64,000 nucleotides of DNA. It comes from Azolla caroliniana. Lineage: Eukaryota; Plantae; Polypodiophyta. Each line of letters starts with the position of its first letter. Positions within the stretch are counted from its first letter, which is position 1. The stretch is from positions 17,794,001 through 17,858,000 of the forward strand of contig JBHGNT010000015.1 in the NCBI GenBank assembly GCA_043228905.1, written 5' to 3'. This document shows positions 13,711-24,500 of the stretch, one piece after another. Below the pieces are notes generated by a model that had not been told where the DNA came from, searched no databases, and was given only the letters and a program-made list of their open reading frames with translations. A program made the translations under genes and the position numbers.

Positions 13711-15535
13711 TCGAACACCCTCAAGTGTCCCAAATTCGCCTTTTGCCTGAAATAGAGCTCGTGTAGTGACACTCCATTTGCAGATGTTTGATTCTGTAGG
13801 TATACAGCTGTCCTGACAACTTTGGCCTAGTAGAACTTCAGCATATGCTTCTCCTCAAGCATTTCCCTCACCGCTTCCTTAATTGTCTGATTCTTCCGCT
13901 TGGCTACATCGTTCTACTCCACCATATATTGTCATGGACACACCAAATGCGATAATATAGTGACATATATATGTAGCAGAATTTGCGTCAAATTCCCTCC
14001 TTCTGTAGATAGCTTGAGAACTAGTCGGAAAAGTATTCTTTTTCGCCATCCATCTTGAGGCATTTGATCTTTCAGCCAATCTCCCGTTCGGCAAAGCTCT
14101 TCACCTTCAAGAAACAGGAGAAGACTTTGCTCTTTTTCTCGATCAGGCATGCCCAGGTATGTCGAGTGAATTCATTGATGGAAGTCATGAAATATCAGCT
14201 CCCTCCGATGCTCACGTTGCCGGTGCCCACACATCCGAATGGATCAAATCATGCTTATTTTGGCTCCGATTATGCTTGTTGGGGAATGGAAGTCAATGTT
14301 GTTTCTTGTGCTGACAAGGTTTGCAAACTTGGTCCTTCCGACAAGTAAGTTTCGGTAGGCTGAAAACGATGTTCTTTGTCTGCATCTCTTGATTCCGTGG
14401 GAAGTTGACGTGGCCAATCCACTTGTGTCGCAGGTCGATATCCGATTCGACCTTCTGCCCTTTGGCGAACATAACAGTGCCAACATCATTCCTCTCAAGG
14501 ATAAACATCCTCCCTTCTTGATGCCCTTTCATGATAATTCAGCCTTCTTCTTCGATGAAGCACCCAAGATGAGTGAATCGAACATGCATCCCTTGATCGA
14601 TGATCTGTCCGACCGACACTAGGTTCTAGGTGATCTTCGGGACGTGCATGACATTCTTCTCTGGCCAACATGTCTTAGAGGAACATCTCCAATGTGTTCC
14701 ATGGGATGAGGGGTGTCGTCGCCTGTTTCGACAACCCCTAACAGTTTCGGCTTCTCTAGCGTTGAGAACTACTCCTTGTGTTTCGTCATATGGTTCGATG
14801 CTCCGGAATCCACGTACCACACCTCATTTAGCTTCGGGGTGCTCACTACCATCGAATTGGCCTTGTGCTTCATTATGAAGGTTGGGTTTTTTCTAGCTTG
14901 CCCTGAGCCTTCGATGTAGTGCGATCGTTGACGCCTATCTGCGTCTCCCCGGCTCAATCGGGCTCGGTCCGAATCAGCGCGCTTCTTCCAACACTTTCTC
15001 TCTCTATGGACCTTCTGACCACAATACTAATAGTTTGTCACGTCCTTCCCTTACTGGCTTCCGACACTGCTTTGACTCCCCTTGCTCGTGAAGGGTCCAA
15101 AACTATTGTCAGCACTTCTTCTGTGCCTCTAATTCTGCTCCTGTTTGCCACCTCCATAGTGTGCCGACTTGCCTCGTCCTCCACAACTACGGGGCCAATC
15201 CACCTCTGTGTACAACATCTTGTTGTTGGCGTGCATGCTCGTCGATGCACCCAAGTGGTTTTGTTCAACAACAAGCATTGACTAGAACTTGAAGAAGGAC
15301 AACGTACTCTCTCTCGTGCAGACATATGTTCAGAATGATCCAAACCTAGACGCTAGCCCTCGGAGACAGACTTGCACCATTTCGTCCTCCTCAACGGTTA
15401 CATTGATGGAGGTGAGGGATTCGTAGATCTCCTTGATCTTAGAGTTGTAGTTGATCACCGACATGTGTCACTGTCGAACATTGCTCAACTCTTTTCTGAG
15501 TTGTAGCTTTCTGGCCATCGTACTTGTTGCAAAGC

Positions 15536-16015
15536 TCCTCTTCAAGTTCGTCCAACCATCTTCCGGTGTCTTAGCATCTCGAATGTAGTTGAGTAGTTGA
15601 TTGCTAACATTGGATGCAAAGAAGTACATTATCCTGCTTGCCGCTTGCTCCTAGGCTAGAAATTCCCTGTCTGTCGCATCTGGTGTTAGATCATTCGTTC
15701 CTTCAACGTAACTCCATTACCCATGCCCAAGCAGGTACTAGTGCATCTTGTATGACCAATATGCATAGTGGTATGACCAAGATCCTCTTTAGGTTTGTCC
15801 AAGAATCTTCCGGTGTCTTAGCATCTCAGATGTAGTTGAGAAGTTGATCGTTGACATTGGATGCAAAGCAGTACATTACCTTGCTTGCCGCCTGCTCCCA
15901 GGCCAGAAAGTCCCTGACTATTGCATCCAGTTTACATCATTCATTCCTTCAACGTAACTCCAGTACCCATGCCCAAGTAGGTATTAGTGCATCTTGTACG
16001 ACCAATATGCACAGT
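15536..16015 (-). repeat. Diverged tandem duplication (about 247 bp period) of the gag N-terminal segment in Copia A
   Basis: TCTTCCGGTGTCTTAGCATCTC...GTGCATCTTGTA-GACCAATATGCA occurs at about 15559-15765 and again at about 15806-16011 with many substitutions. Confidence 0.85.
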
Positions 16016-16044
16016 TGCTCCTATCAAGCTTTTCTGTCAGAAGG

Positions 16045-16195
16045 AGGAATCGACAACGACTCGACTCAAGCCTAAACCGTTTAGTTAAACCGATTTAGCA
16101 GCTCGGCTTGGTTCGGCTTAGGCTTGAGCCTGGTTAAACGGTTTGAGCTCAACTCAGCTCGGCTTTAGCTCTGCCAAACCAGCTAAGCCGATTAT
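16045..16195. repeat. Palindrome-rich segment resembling a DNA transposon (hAT/MITE-like) terminus
   Basis: Clustered CTCGGCT / AAACCG / CGGTTT motifs. Inverted pair CTCAAGCCTAAACCG (16065-16079) and CGGCTTAGGCTTGAG (16114-16128), one mismatch. Abruptly truncates Copia A gag. Confidence 0.5.
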
Positions 16196-17099
16196 TTAAT
16201 TTAGGTCATTCATGCATGTTAAAAAGTTAAAACAATTTAAAAATTTAAGTTACACTAAAGTTAGAACTCACAAGGCTAAAGTAGAGTGTTGATTGTTCAC
16301 TGCCTTCAGTGTCTAGTCACAGACATTAGAGAGAGAGGGACTCGAGAGGGAGACTAAGGGAGAGCTAGTGATAGGGAGACTGCACTCAACGAGTGAGGAC
16401 CTCCTGCAAACTTTAGGCTTCTATGGTCTACCAAGTACCGACGGGCCGCGACATACCTATTACCAACCCCCAAGTATTGTGTACATGCTCATTGCTAACA
16501 TACTTGATGTTGACTTTTGAGGCTTTTGTTGCTCACGAATCAGAAATTTCAGAATTGTTTTGAATGTGGAAACTTGTGTGGAGCCATAGATACTTCTATT
16601 CATACAATCCCATGTCAAAATCATCACTAATCTACAATCTCCTGTGTCTTGCAACACAATAACTAATGTGTTTTGCTTCATGTTGTCTTCAATGCTGCAT
16701 GCAATATTTGATTACTAATGTGTTAGTCTTCATGATGTGTTAGGCTTCATGCAAGATTTGATTACAATTGCTTGCAATCATGAATTCAAATGAACTTGGT
16801 GCCTAGAATTAAGACACACAACAAAGGTGATTTCTCCTAACATGAATACCATCTTTCAAGGATTCCACATAGTGAATTACAAATTCATTCGATTTGGCAT
16901 GGTTTACACCTATGTTGCTTGCAACTATTATTTGCCATACAAATGTTGCTTGTAACCCTTTACATTTGAAAGAATTGATCATAGACTGTTATTGGTAATA
17001 TTGGTGTGTTGATTTCATCGTTTGTCTTTGCTTTGCATCTATATGTAGTATTGTAGGGTTTCTTCTAAGAGTCACGGTATGTGGCATACTCAGCATACA

Positions 17100-17910
17100 A
17101 TGAAAAAATGTTAATCCTTTGAAATGCCATACTAACAATATCCTCTGATTTATCGATGACATACATTTTCAGATTGGCTAAAAAAATGAATTATTTTTAT
17201 TCTCATCTATAAACATGTTTGCGTTCACAAGTGGAAGGATCGCACATTCCACTTTTAGATTCCTTTTACAATGATGTAAATATAGCCGATGTACAAAAAC
17301 TAGATACACCAGTATCACGTCTTATTCAATCTAGTTAATGTTTTTGATATTTACTTGCCATAACCGCTAAGAGAGATGTGTGTTAGTTGTAGAATGAATA
17401 TTTATAAACTTCGAGTTACTCAAAACGAAATGATCTTAAATCGATGATTAACTGAATTGAGAATGTATTTGAAGAAGTTGGTTGAGTCTTACACAAATGT
17501 CTTGATCGAGAACATTTTCAAAGGGGAAGATATGAATAATCAAATGCGATTAATAGCCCCACCTGGTAAAGGATTCTGCATTTGAGAAATCTTAAATTTC
17601 TCAAATTGTCAGTTAATTTCATACACATTTATAAAAAAGGATAGTTCTCGATGAAACCTAAATATAAAATGTAGTTATATCTAAGTAACATATGGTACCA
17701 AATGGTATTCGCATTTGACATCCAAACTACAAAATCCTGATGAGTTTTGGGCACATGCATGTAACTTGATATCTATAGTAATTGATATTGAGTTGGAGGA
17801 TGTAATCCATGATGGTTATATGATAAAGTTTAAGTTCCTTGAATAATACTTGTGGTTCCTAAACATTGCAAAATCATCTTTACCTTCTACTCTATGTGGG
17901 TGACTACCCT
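17100..17910 (+). pseudogene. Possible decayed ORF of unknown function, convergent with the methyltransferase gene
   Basis: One frame from 17208 reads about 235 protein-like codons (YKHVCVHKWKDRTFHF*...LIAPPGKGFCI*...PDEFWAHACNL) with about 10 stops that are single transitions from Trp/Gln/Arg codons. No family recognised. Confidence 0.3.
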
Positions 17911-18389
17911 TAGGCTAAATTTTATTGGGTAAACTTTGTAGAGACCAACAGTCTAAATGTTTAACATTCTAACAATGTAACAGTCTAAATGTCTTTGGCG
18001 GTCAAAATCATCCATGCAAAGGCAATATACAATGGTGGTAAGAAGAAATATCCTATGCATTAAACATAGATCAAAGACCTAGAGCAACATAACTATACTA
18101 CATTACAATGTGTAATTGACAACCGTCCAAAATTATCAAAACATTCAAAATCTGTAAATGTGTATCAATATTCAAACACCAAACCATTGCTAATGCATGG
18201 CATAGAAGAAAACTTAATATAACGAGTTTCAACATTATATACCATTTTGCCATTGAAACATATATAAAAAAAAGTCCACCAAGAAAGAATTTCTCAAACA
18301 ATTGCATAAAACCAAATAAATTAAAGGATTTTGATACATTATAATATGTCCAAAAGATTTTACAAAAAAGAAGGGTGGCCTTACATAAT

Positions 18390-20587
18390 CTACATGGCAA
18401 TCAGGGTATCTTCATCATTCACCTCGTCGTTGTTATCAAGACTCTCATCCAAATCCTGTGCATTGGTATTCGCTCTAGATAGGCTGGCGTGGTGGGGTCG
18501 TCTAAAAGTTCATCATTGAGCTCAATAAGCTCCCTGGGCTCACCAGCCAATGGAGGAATCGGCTCACGTGAAGCAGCTTGGAAACGTTCGGTATCCTCAA
18601 TATGCTTTGCCCTAGCCTCCTCATCTTGATCTGGGCATTCCCACAACAGTTAGATTCTCATGTTTATAAAACTGAATTGATCCTCATCCTTTTCCAATGC
18701 AACAAAATTGCGATAGAGTTTTAACGCACATGTTGATGTTGTACCTGTTACATAGTAAAGATATGACTTAGCTTCATAAGTAGTTTCAAGTATCCTATAC
18801 AACAATGATCAATAAAAATAAGCCGAACATACATGTGCCAGAGAATAAGTCAAATATCCAATCCCCTTCGCTTGAGAACATCTCGATGAGGCACATTATC
18901 AGACGTTGGACGAGTCATTGCTGGAAACACAAGCAGATTGGAACCTCCAACCTCATTCAAATGCTCATTTATCCGTTGTTTTCGTATTTCATCAAAATAC
19001 CGAACGGTGATGTATTCAATTGTGTTCACGATCCGAAAGGTTGGTCCTCTGTTCACGTTGGTCTTAATCCTACCACATAAAGTTATAAACCAAAAACTAT
19101 TATGAATTAAATGAAAACAATTTAAAAGCCCAAAATAGAACTTGAACAATGCAAATACAAAACTTACCAAGCGAGGTTCTCGATACCATGGCATCAAGAT
19201 CTCAAGGCTTGCACCACAAAATATCCTTGATCCATCGAATGAAACACAACGATCCACCATAAGGATGTTGTGGTCAATTCCACAAAGTCCTTGACCATTT
19301 TCTCTAACAGTTTGAACCGAAATAGTTCATGATCGTACGATGATCCTGTCATACGAAAGCCGTATGGTATGTCCGCGATCAAGAGTGTGTACTCTTTCTT
19401 CGGCAACTTCAGGAACATGTCTACCACATCACCACAATAGACATTATAGTATAAATCTCTGGTGGCTAATTTTTTTGAAGAATGTCATACGCCTTTATAA
19501 GGCGCTGTTCCTTTTCCTTCTGAGCCATCCCCAAATGTGTGAGAAACGATGTTGGCAAGTCGTGAAAGTCTTTAATTCCACCAAGCTTTTTACCATGACA
19601 TGGTTTCTATATATAGCAAATGTTATAAAGATTAGTTACATAATATCATAATCATTCAATCTACTAAAATGACAAATAAGTGTGATGACTTACCCAATCC
19701 TGAAACGCTATAAAATATTCCGACAAAACCTTGTACGAAGACGTTGTCGGGTAGGGTAGTCTTCGGTCACTTGATCCCAAGATAAACAATCAAGTTGTTT
19801 CATCATCACCTCTTCGATTTACATATAAACTTTATGACTAAAGAAACAAAAGCAAATGTTGGGACCATTTCTTCAAGGGAAAGAAACAAAAGAAACAATA
19901 ATAGAGGAGAATATGTCAAACACAACAAATATACTTGTTGAATTTAGTGACCATTTCTTCAAGGGAAAGCTCCTTTGCCACGACCCTTGATAGTACTGAC
20001 ACGAGAAGTTGCTCCTCTTTAATTCCTTGTATTCCCCTCCACAGAGATAGCTTCATGTCATCAGTGGCTGAATGCGATCCATCGATAACAAAGTAGTTAT
20101 ACTGATCATATTTGCGAACATCGAAATCTTCCAATGTTGCACACTCCTCTGGATCAACCATTACTACGAATGGTACTATTGTCACATGAGGATTGATATT
20201 CATTGTCTTTTTAAGGTTCCGGACGTGCAACTTATGAGGTTCTCTAATTTCAAGTGGACGATGTTGTCGTGGCATGGCTCGCCCAAACGCGTTGCGTTGC
20301 GTAGACAATAGATAATGTGAATGTGAGGAAGGAATCGCTGGGATTTTGGACGGAAGAAACGAAAGAGTAGAGAAAGAGTAAATAGTGATTATCAAGTTAT
20401 GACAAGATAGGATGTAAAATGATAATTGAGGGAATGTAAGAAATTCATAATTATTTCATGAAAGAGTTACAAAATGGTTGCGAGCGTCATTGAACCGTCG
20501 ACCTTTGTCTCACAAGGTAGTCGCTCTTCTCTCTCTTGATAGTAGACCTCCACCTTTTCGTTGTGAGTTGAGCACCGCCGCCGCCAG
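18390..20587 (-). pseudogene. Spliced gene for ParB-like domain + beta-class N6-adenine/N4-cytosine DNA methyltransferase, inactivated
   Basis: GT-AG exons with matching phases: 20337-19935, 19837-19694, 19606-19168, 19069-18833, 18744-18390, plus tentative 20587-20514. Motifs YFVIDGSHS (ParB-like), NVYCGDVVDMFLKLPKKEYTLLIADIPYG (motif IV, 19359-19373), LAWIKTN...IEYITV, GDWIFDLFSGT(C)TTSTCALKLYRNFVALEKD (motif I). Contains stops, frameshifts and deletions. Confidence 0.85.
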
Positions 20588-20819
20588 GCTAGTTCTTCTA
20601 TTGTCTTTTGAAGATTGTATATAGCTTTTACCTTCTCTCCCTCTTTCTCTATTATGATATCTCTTACAATATAATTTTGCTAGATTCCATACAATAATTC
20701 TATTCAATATGATTGATTGATTCCTTGATGTCCTTGTGACTATACTCCCTTCTCCTTTTATAGGAAGGGGATGGTTTTTCATGTGGGCCATATGTCACAC
20801 ATGCAAAGAGGGCTCTTGT

Positions 20820-20952
20820 ATGTGTGCTATATGGTGCACATGTAGTACATTACATGGTTTAGACTATACAATGCTACTTCAAATAAAACACCACTTTTTT
20901 TTTTATACATATAATGAGTATTGGCTAAATGGTAGGCTTTGAGGTTCATAAT
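20820..20952. repeat. Copy 1 of an about 190-bp tandem unit upstream of the methyltransferase gene (continues at 26313-26342 after Copia B1)
   Basis: TATATGGTGCACATGTAGTACATTA-ATGGTTTAG...TACTTCAAATAAAACA...TAAATGGTA matches 26347-26490. Confidence 0.75.
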
Positions 20953-21559
20953 TGTTGGGATTACGGTCCCTCCGGATGGGATGATCGGATGTCCGGATAT
21001 GAATGACGGCAAGCCCGGTTACGGTTATGGAGCCGGATGATGAAGACCCCGGTTACGGAGCCGGATGATGAATACCCCGGTTACGGAGCCGGATGACGAA
21101 TGTACCCGGAGAGAGATCCGGATGCGGGGACATATTTGTGAATATGTTTTGCCAAGAGCCCTTGAGGCTATATTTGTAAATAGCCCGAAAGTCATATGTG
21201 TATAAATATGACTTAGGGCAAACAGTTTATTGTTGTTGCTCATTTTCATGCGAAGTGAGAGCAGCCGAGAGAGAGAGAGAGAGAGAGACGAAGAGGTCGT
21301 TGCCTCTGTGTATTACCGCCGCCTGTGGCGAAGACAGTGAGCTCAAGGTTGTTGCCTTGTAGCTTCACCAGTGTACATCCCTGTTCATAGTGATAGTTGG
21401 AGTTTGAGGACTCCCGTGGTTTTTCCCATTCAGGGTTTTCCACGTTAATCCCTGTGTCATCGTGTCTTTCTCTGTGTTTCCTATTTTCTGCTCCTTTGAT
21501 TCGCAATTACTCGGTTGTGGCCGAGCGAAGAAGGTAAATCGGAGCGTCGATTCTCAACA
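20953..21559 (+). repeat. 5' LTR of Copia B1 (three 28-bp U3 repeats)
   Basis: TGTTGG...CAACA; unit GGTTACGGAGCCGGATGATGAA(T/G)ACCCC; TATAAAT near 21200. Confidence 0.97.
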
Positions 21560-21588
21560 AACTGGTATCAGAGCGACTGTTGCAGAAA

Positions 21589-24500
21589 ATGGAAGGCGGC
21601 GGCAGTGGGCAGTCGGGGATGATGGTGCTGAATGCGCAGAACTACGCCGACTGGAAGATCAAGATGGAAGATCTTCTGATTGTTCGGGACCTGTACGAAC
21701 CGATTGACAGGTCGGAAATACCGAAGGGAGTACTTGAGTCGGAATGGAGGCTTCTGAACCGGAAAGCCGTTGCAACCATTCGGCAATACGTCGACGTGAG
21801 CGTTCTACAACATGTGGCGAACGACACCAACGCATATGAGATGTGGCGGAAGCTGTCGGGCCTCTACGAGAGGAAGAATGCGTTGAACCGGACCTCCCTG
21901 ATGAGGAAGATTGTGAATCTCAAGTACCGGGACGGCGAGAGTATGGTGGAACACGTAAGCACGTTCATGGGATTCGTGAACCAGCTTGCGGCGATCAAGT
22001 TCCCGTTGGAGGATGCAATGCAAGCCATCATCCTGATGTGTACATTGCCGGAAAGCTGGGAGAACCTGGTGGTGACTCTCAGCACCTCCTGCACCGAAGA
22101 TAACTTGTCCCTACAAACGGTAAAGACAAGTATTTTGAACGAAGAAGCGCGTCGGAGAGATAAAGAACCGGCCTCCGACTCGAAGGCGCTGCTTACCGAA
22201 TCGGAACGGGGAAGACAATGGAACCGGAGTCCGCAAAGACGGGAGAAGTCGGGGACCCGGTCGCAGTCAAGAGGAAGACCCACATGCTTCCACTGTGGGA
22301 AGCCGGGGCACTTCCGGAAGAATTGTCGGCATTACCGAAAGGACAACGGAGCCGACGACACCGATTCGAAGAAGTCACCGGAGAGAAACGGTGCATACCG
22401 GGGAGCCACGGACCGGAGAGGTCCGGATCGGCGAGGGCAGGACCGGAAAGGAACGACGGCACTCGCGGCAAGTGAAGAGGAGATCATGCTCATCACCGAA
22501 GAAGGTGAACTAAACATTGCCGGCGATGAGACGACCTGGGTGGTCGATTCCGGAGCATCGTTCCACCTGACCCCGGAGAAAAGATACTTCTCATCCTACA
22601 CAGCCGGTGAGCATGGCTGTGTTCGGATGGGAAATGAAGGTACGTGCCGGATTGCCGGCATAGGAGACGTGTGGTTGACAACCCCGACCGGATGCAAAAT
22701 GCTGCTGAAGGATGTCAGACACGTTCCGGAGGTTCGATTGAACCTGATTTCGGTCGGGAGGCTAGACGATGAAGGCTACACAGGTAGCATCCGGAACGGC
22801 GTAATGAAGTTCAGCAAGGGGAGCCTGATAGTGGCTCGGGCCCGGAAAGTCAACACTCTGTACCTGATGAATGCCCGATTATGTCCGGAAGAGCTGAATG
22901 TGGCAGTCGACACTGCCGGTGAGCTGTGGCACAAAAGACTGTGCCACATGAGTGAGAAGGGGATGAAGAGGCTTGCAGAAGACAACCTTATTCCAGTGAA
23001 GCATGTGCACCTGGAGAAGTGCACCGACTGCCTGGCCGGTAAGCAAAACCGGACCTCCTTCCACTCAAGGCCACCGACGAGACGTAGCGCACCATTGGAG
23101 CTGGTGCACACTGATGTGTGTCAGGTAGAAACGAAGTCACATGGCGGAGCCCAGTACTTCGTGACATTCATTGATGATCACAGCCGGAAGCTGTGGACGG
23201 CACCGTTGAAGACAAAGGACCAAGTGTTGTCCGTCTTCAAAGAACTCCACGCGAGAGTGGAAAGAGAATCCGGCAAGAAGCTGAAAGCGATACGAGCGGA
23301 TAACGGAGGGGAATATCGGGGGCAGTTCCAGGAGTACTGTCGCTCGAAGGGAATCCGGCTCGAGTTTACTATGCCGAAGACGCCGGAACTGAACGGGCTG
23401 GCCGAGAGGATGAACCGGACCATAATGGAGAGGGTCCGGAGTATGCTGGCGCATGCGAAATTACCCAAGGGGTTTTGGGCTGAGGCGATGTCGACGGCGA
23501 CATACGTGATAAACAGATCACCCTCAGTACCTTTGGACGGAGACACGCCGCAGATAGTGTGGACCGGTAAGGAAGTGTCCTACCGGCATCTGAAGGTGTT
23601 CGGGTGTCTCGCATACGTGCATGTGGCAAAGGACCGGAGAGGGAAGTTAGATACAAAGACTCGGCCATGCATATTCCTCGGTTACGGCGACGACGAGTTC
23701 GGCTACCGAGTATGGGACCCGGTCGACAAGAAGATATTCAGGAGTCGAGATATCATCTTCATGGAGGACAAGACACTCGCCGACTGGGAGTCGGAGAAGA
23801 AGATGAAGAGCTCCAAGTCGACCGGTGAGGATAAACTCTACGAGGAGCAGTCCCGACCGGCAAGGGACCGGTTAGCACTCGAGGATCCGGCCGAAGACGG
23901 TGAAGAAATAGAACCGGCCGAAGAAGATGAAAATGATACCGGAACCGGCCCCGATCCCGAAATGGATTCGGATGAAGAAGAAGAATCGGAAGAACCGGTT
24001 ACCGAAGCTCCCGAACGGAGATATCCTCTAAGAGAGAGAAGGGCCCCCCGGAGATTTCCGGAACCAGAGCACGTGCTGCTAACCGACGAGGGGGAGCCGG
24101 AGAGCTTTGAAGAAGCAAAGCACGACACCCAGAGCCGCAGGTGGTTGAGTGCCATGCAGGAAGAGATGGATTCCCTGCATGAGAACCACACATATGAACT
24201 TATGGAGTTGCCGAAAGGAAAGCGGGCACTTCGAAACAAGTGGGTGTTCAAGCTGAAACCGGGAGATGCCGGAAACCCCCCGAGATACAAAGCCAGGATC
24301 GTGGTGAAGGGGTTTCAGCAGAAGAAGGGCGTCGACTTCGACGAGATATTTGCCCCGGTAGTGAAGATGACCTCCATCCGGACGGTGCTGAGCATAGCGG
24401 CAAGCATGGACCTCGAGGTAGAACAGATGGACGTGAAGACGGCATTCCTCCACGGTGACCTCGAAGAAGAGATCTACATGCAGCAACCGGAAGGATTCGA

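Larger units (their letters stand above)
3285..16044 (-). mobile_element. Copia A: old Ty1/Copia element, 5' LTR and RNase H lost, host of two nested Copia elements
   Basis: 3' LTR 3285-3722 with PPT. Decayed RT and integrase C-terminus 6588-8324; integrase, protease (WYVDSGASNHM, about 14790-14820) and gag 13716-16044. The frame HLRVF|NIAYVHVPKEKRRKLDAK joins across the Copia F insertion. Confidence 0.85.

Noticed and set aside
19863-19969. 21-bp exon sequence (GACCATTTCTTCAAGGGAAAG) copied into the adjacent intron
   Set aside because: Consistent with ordinary templated repair filler in a pseudogene.
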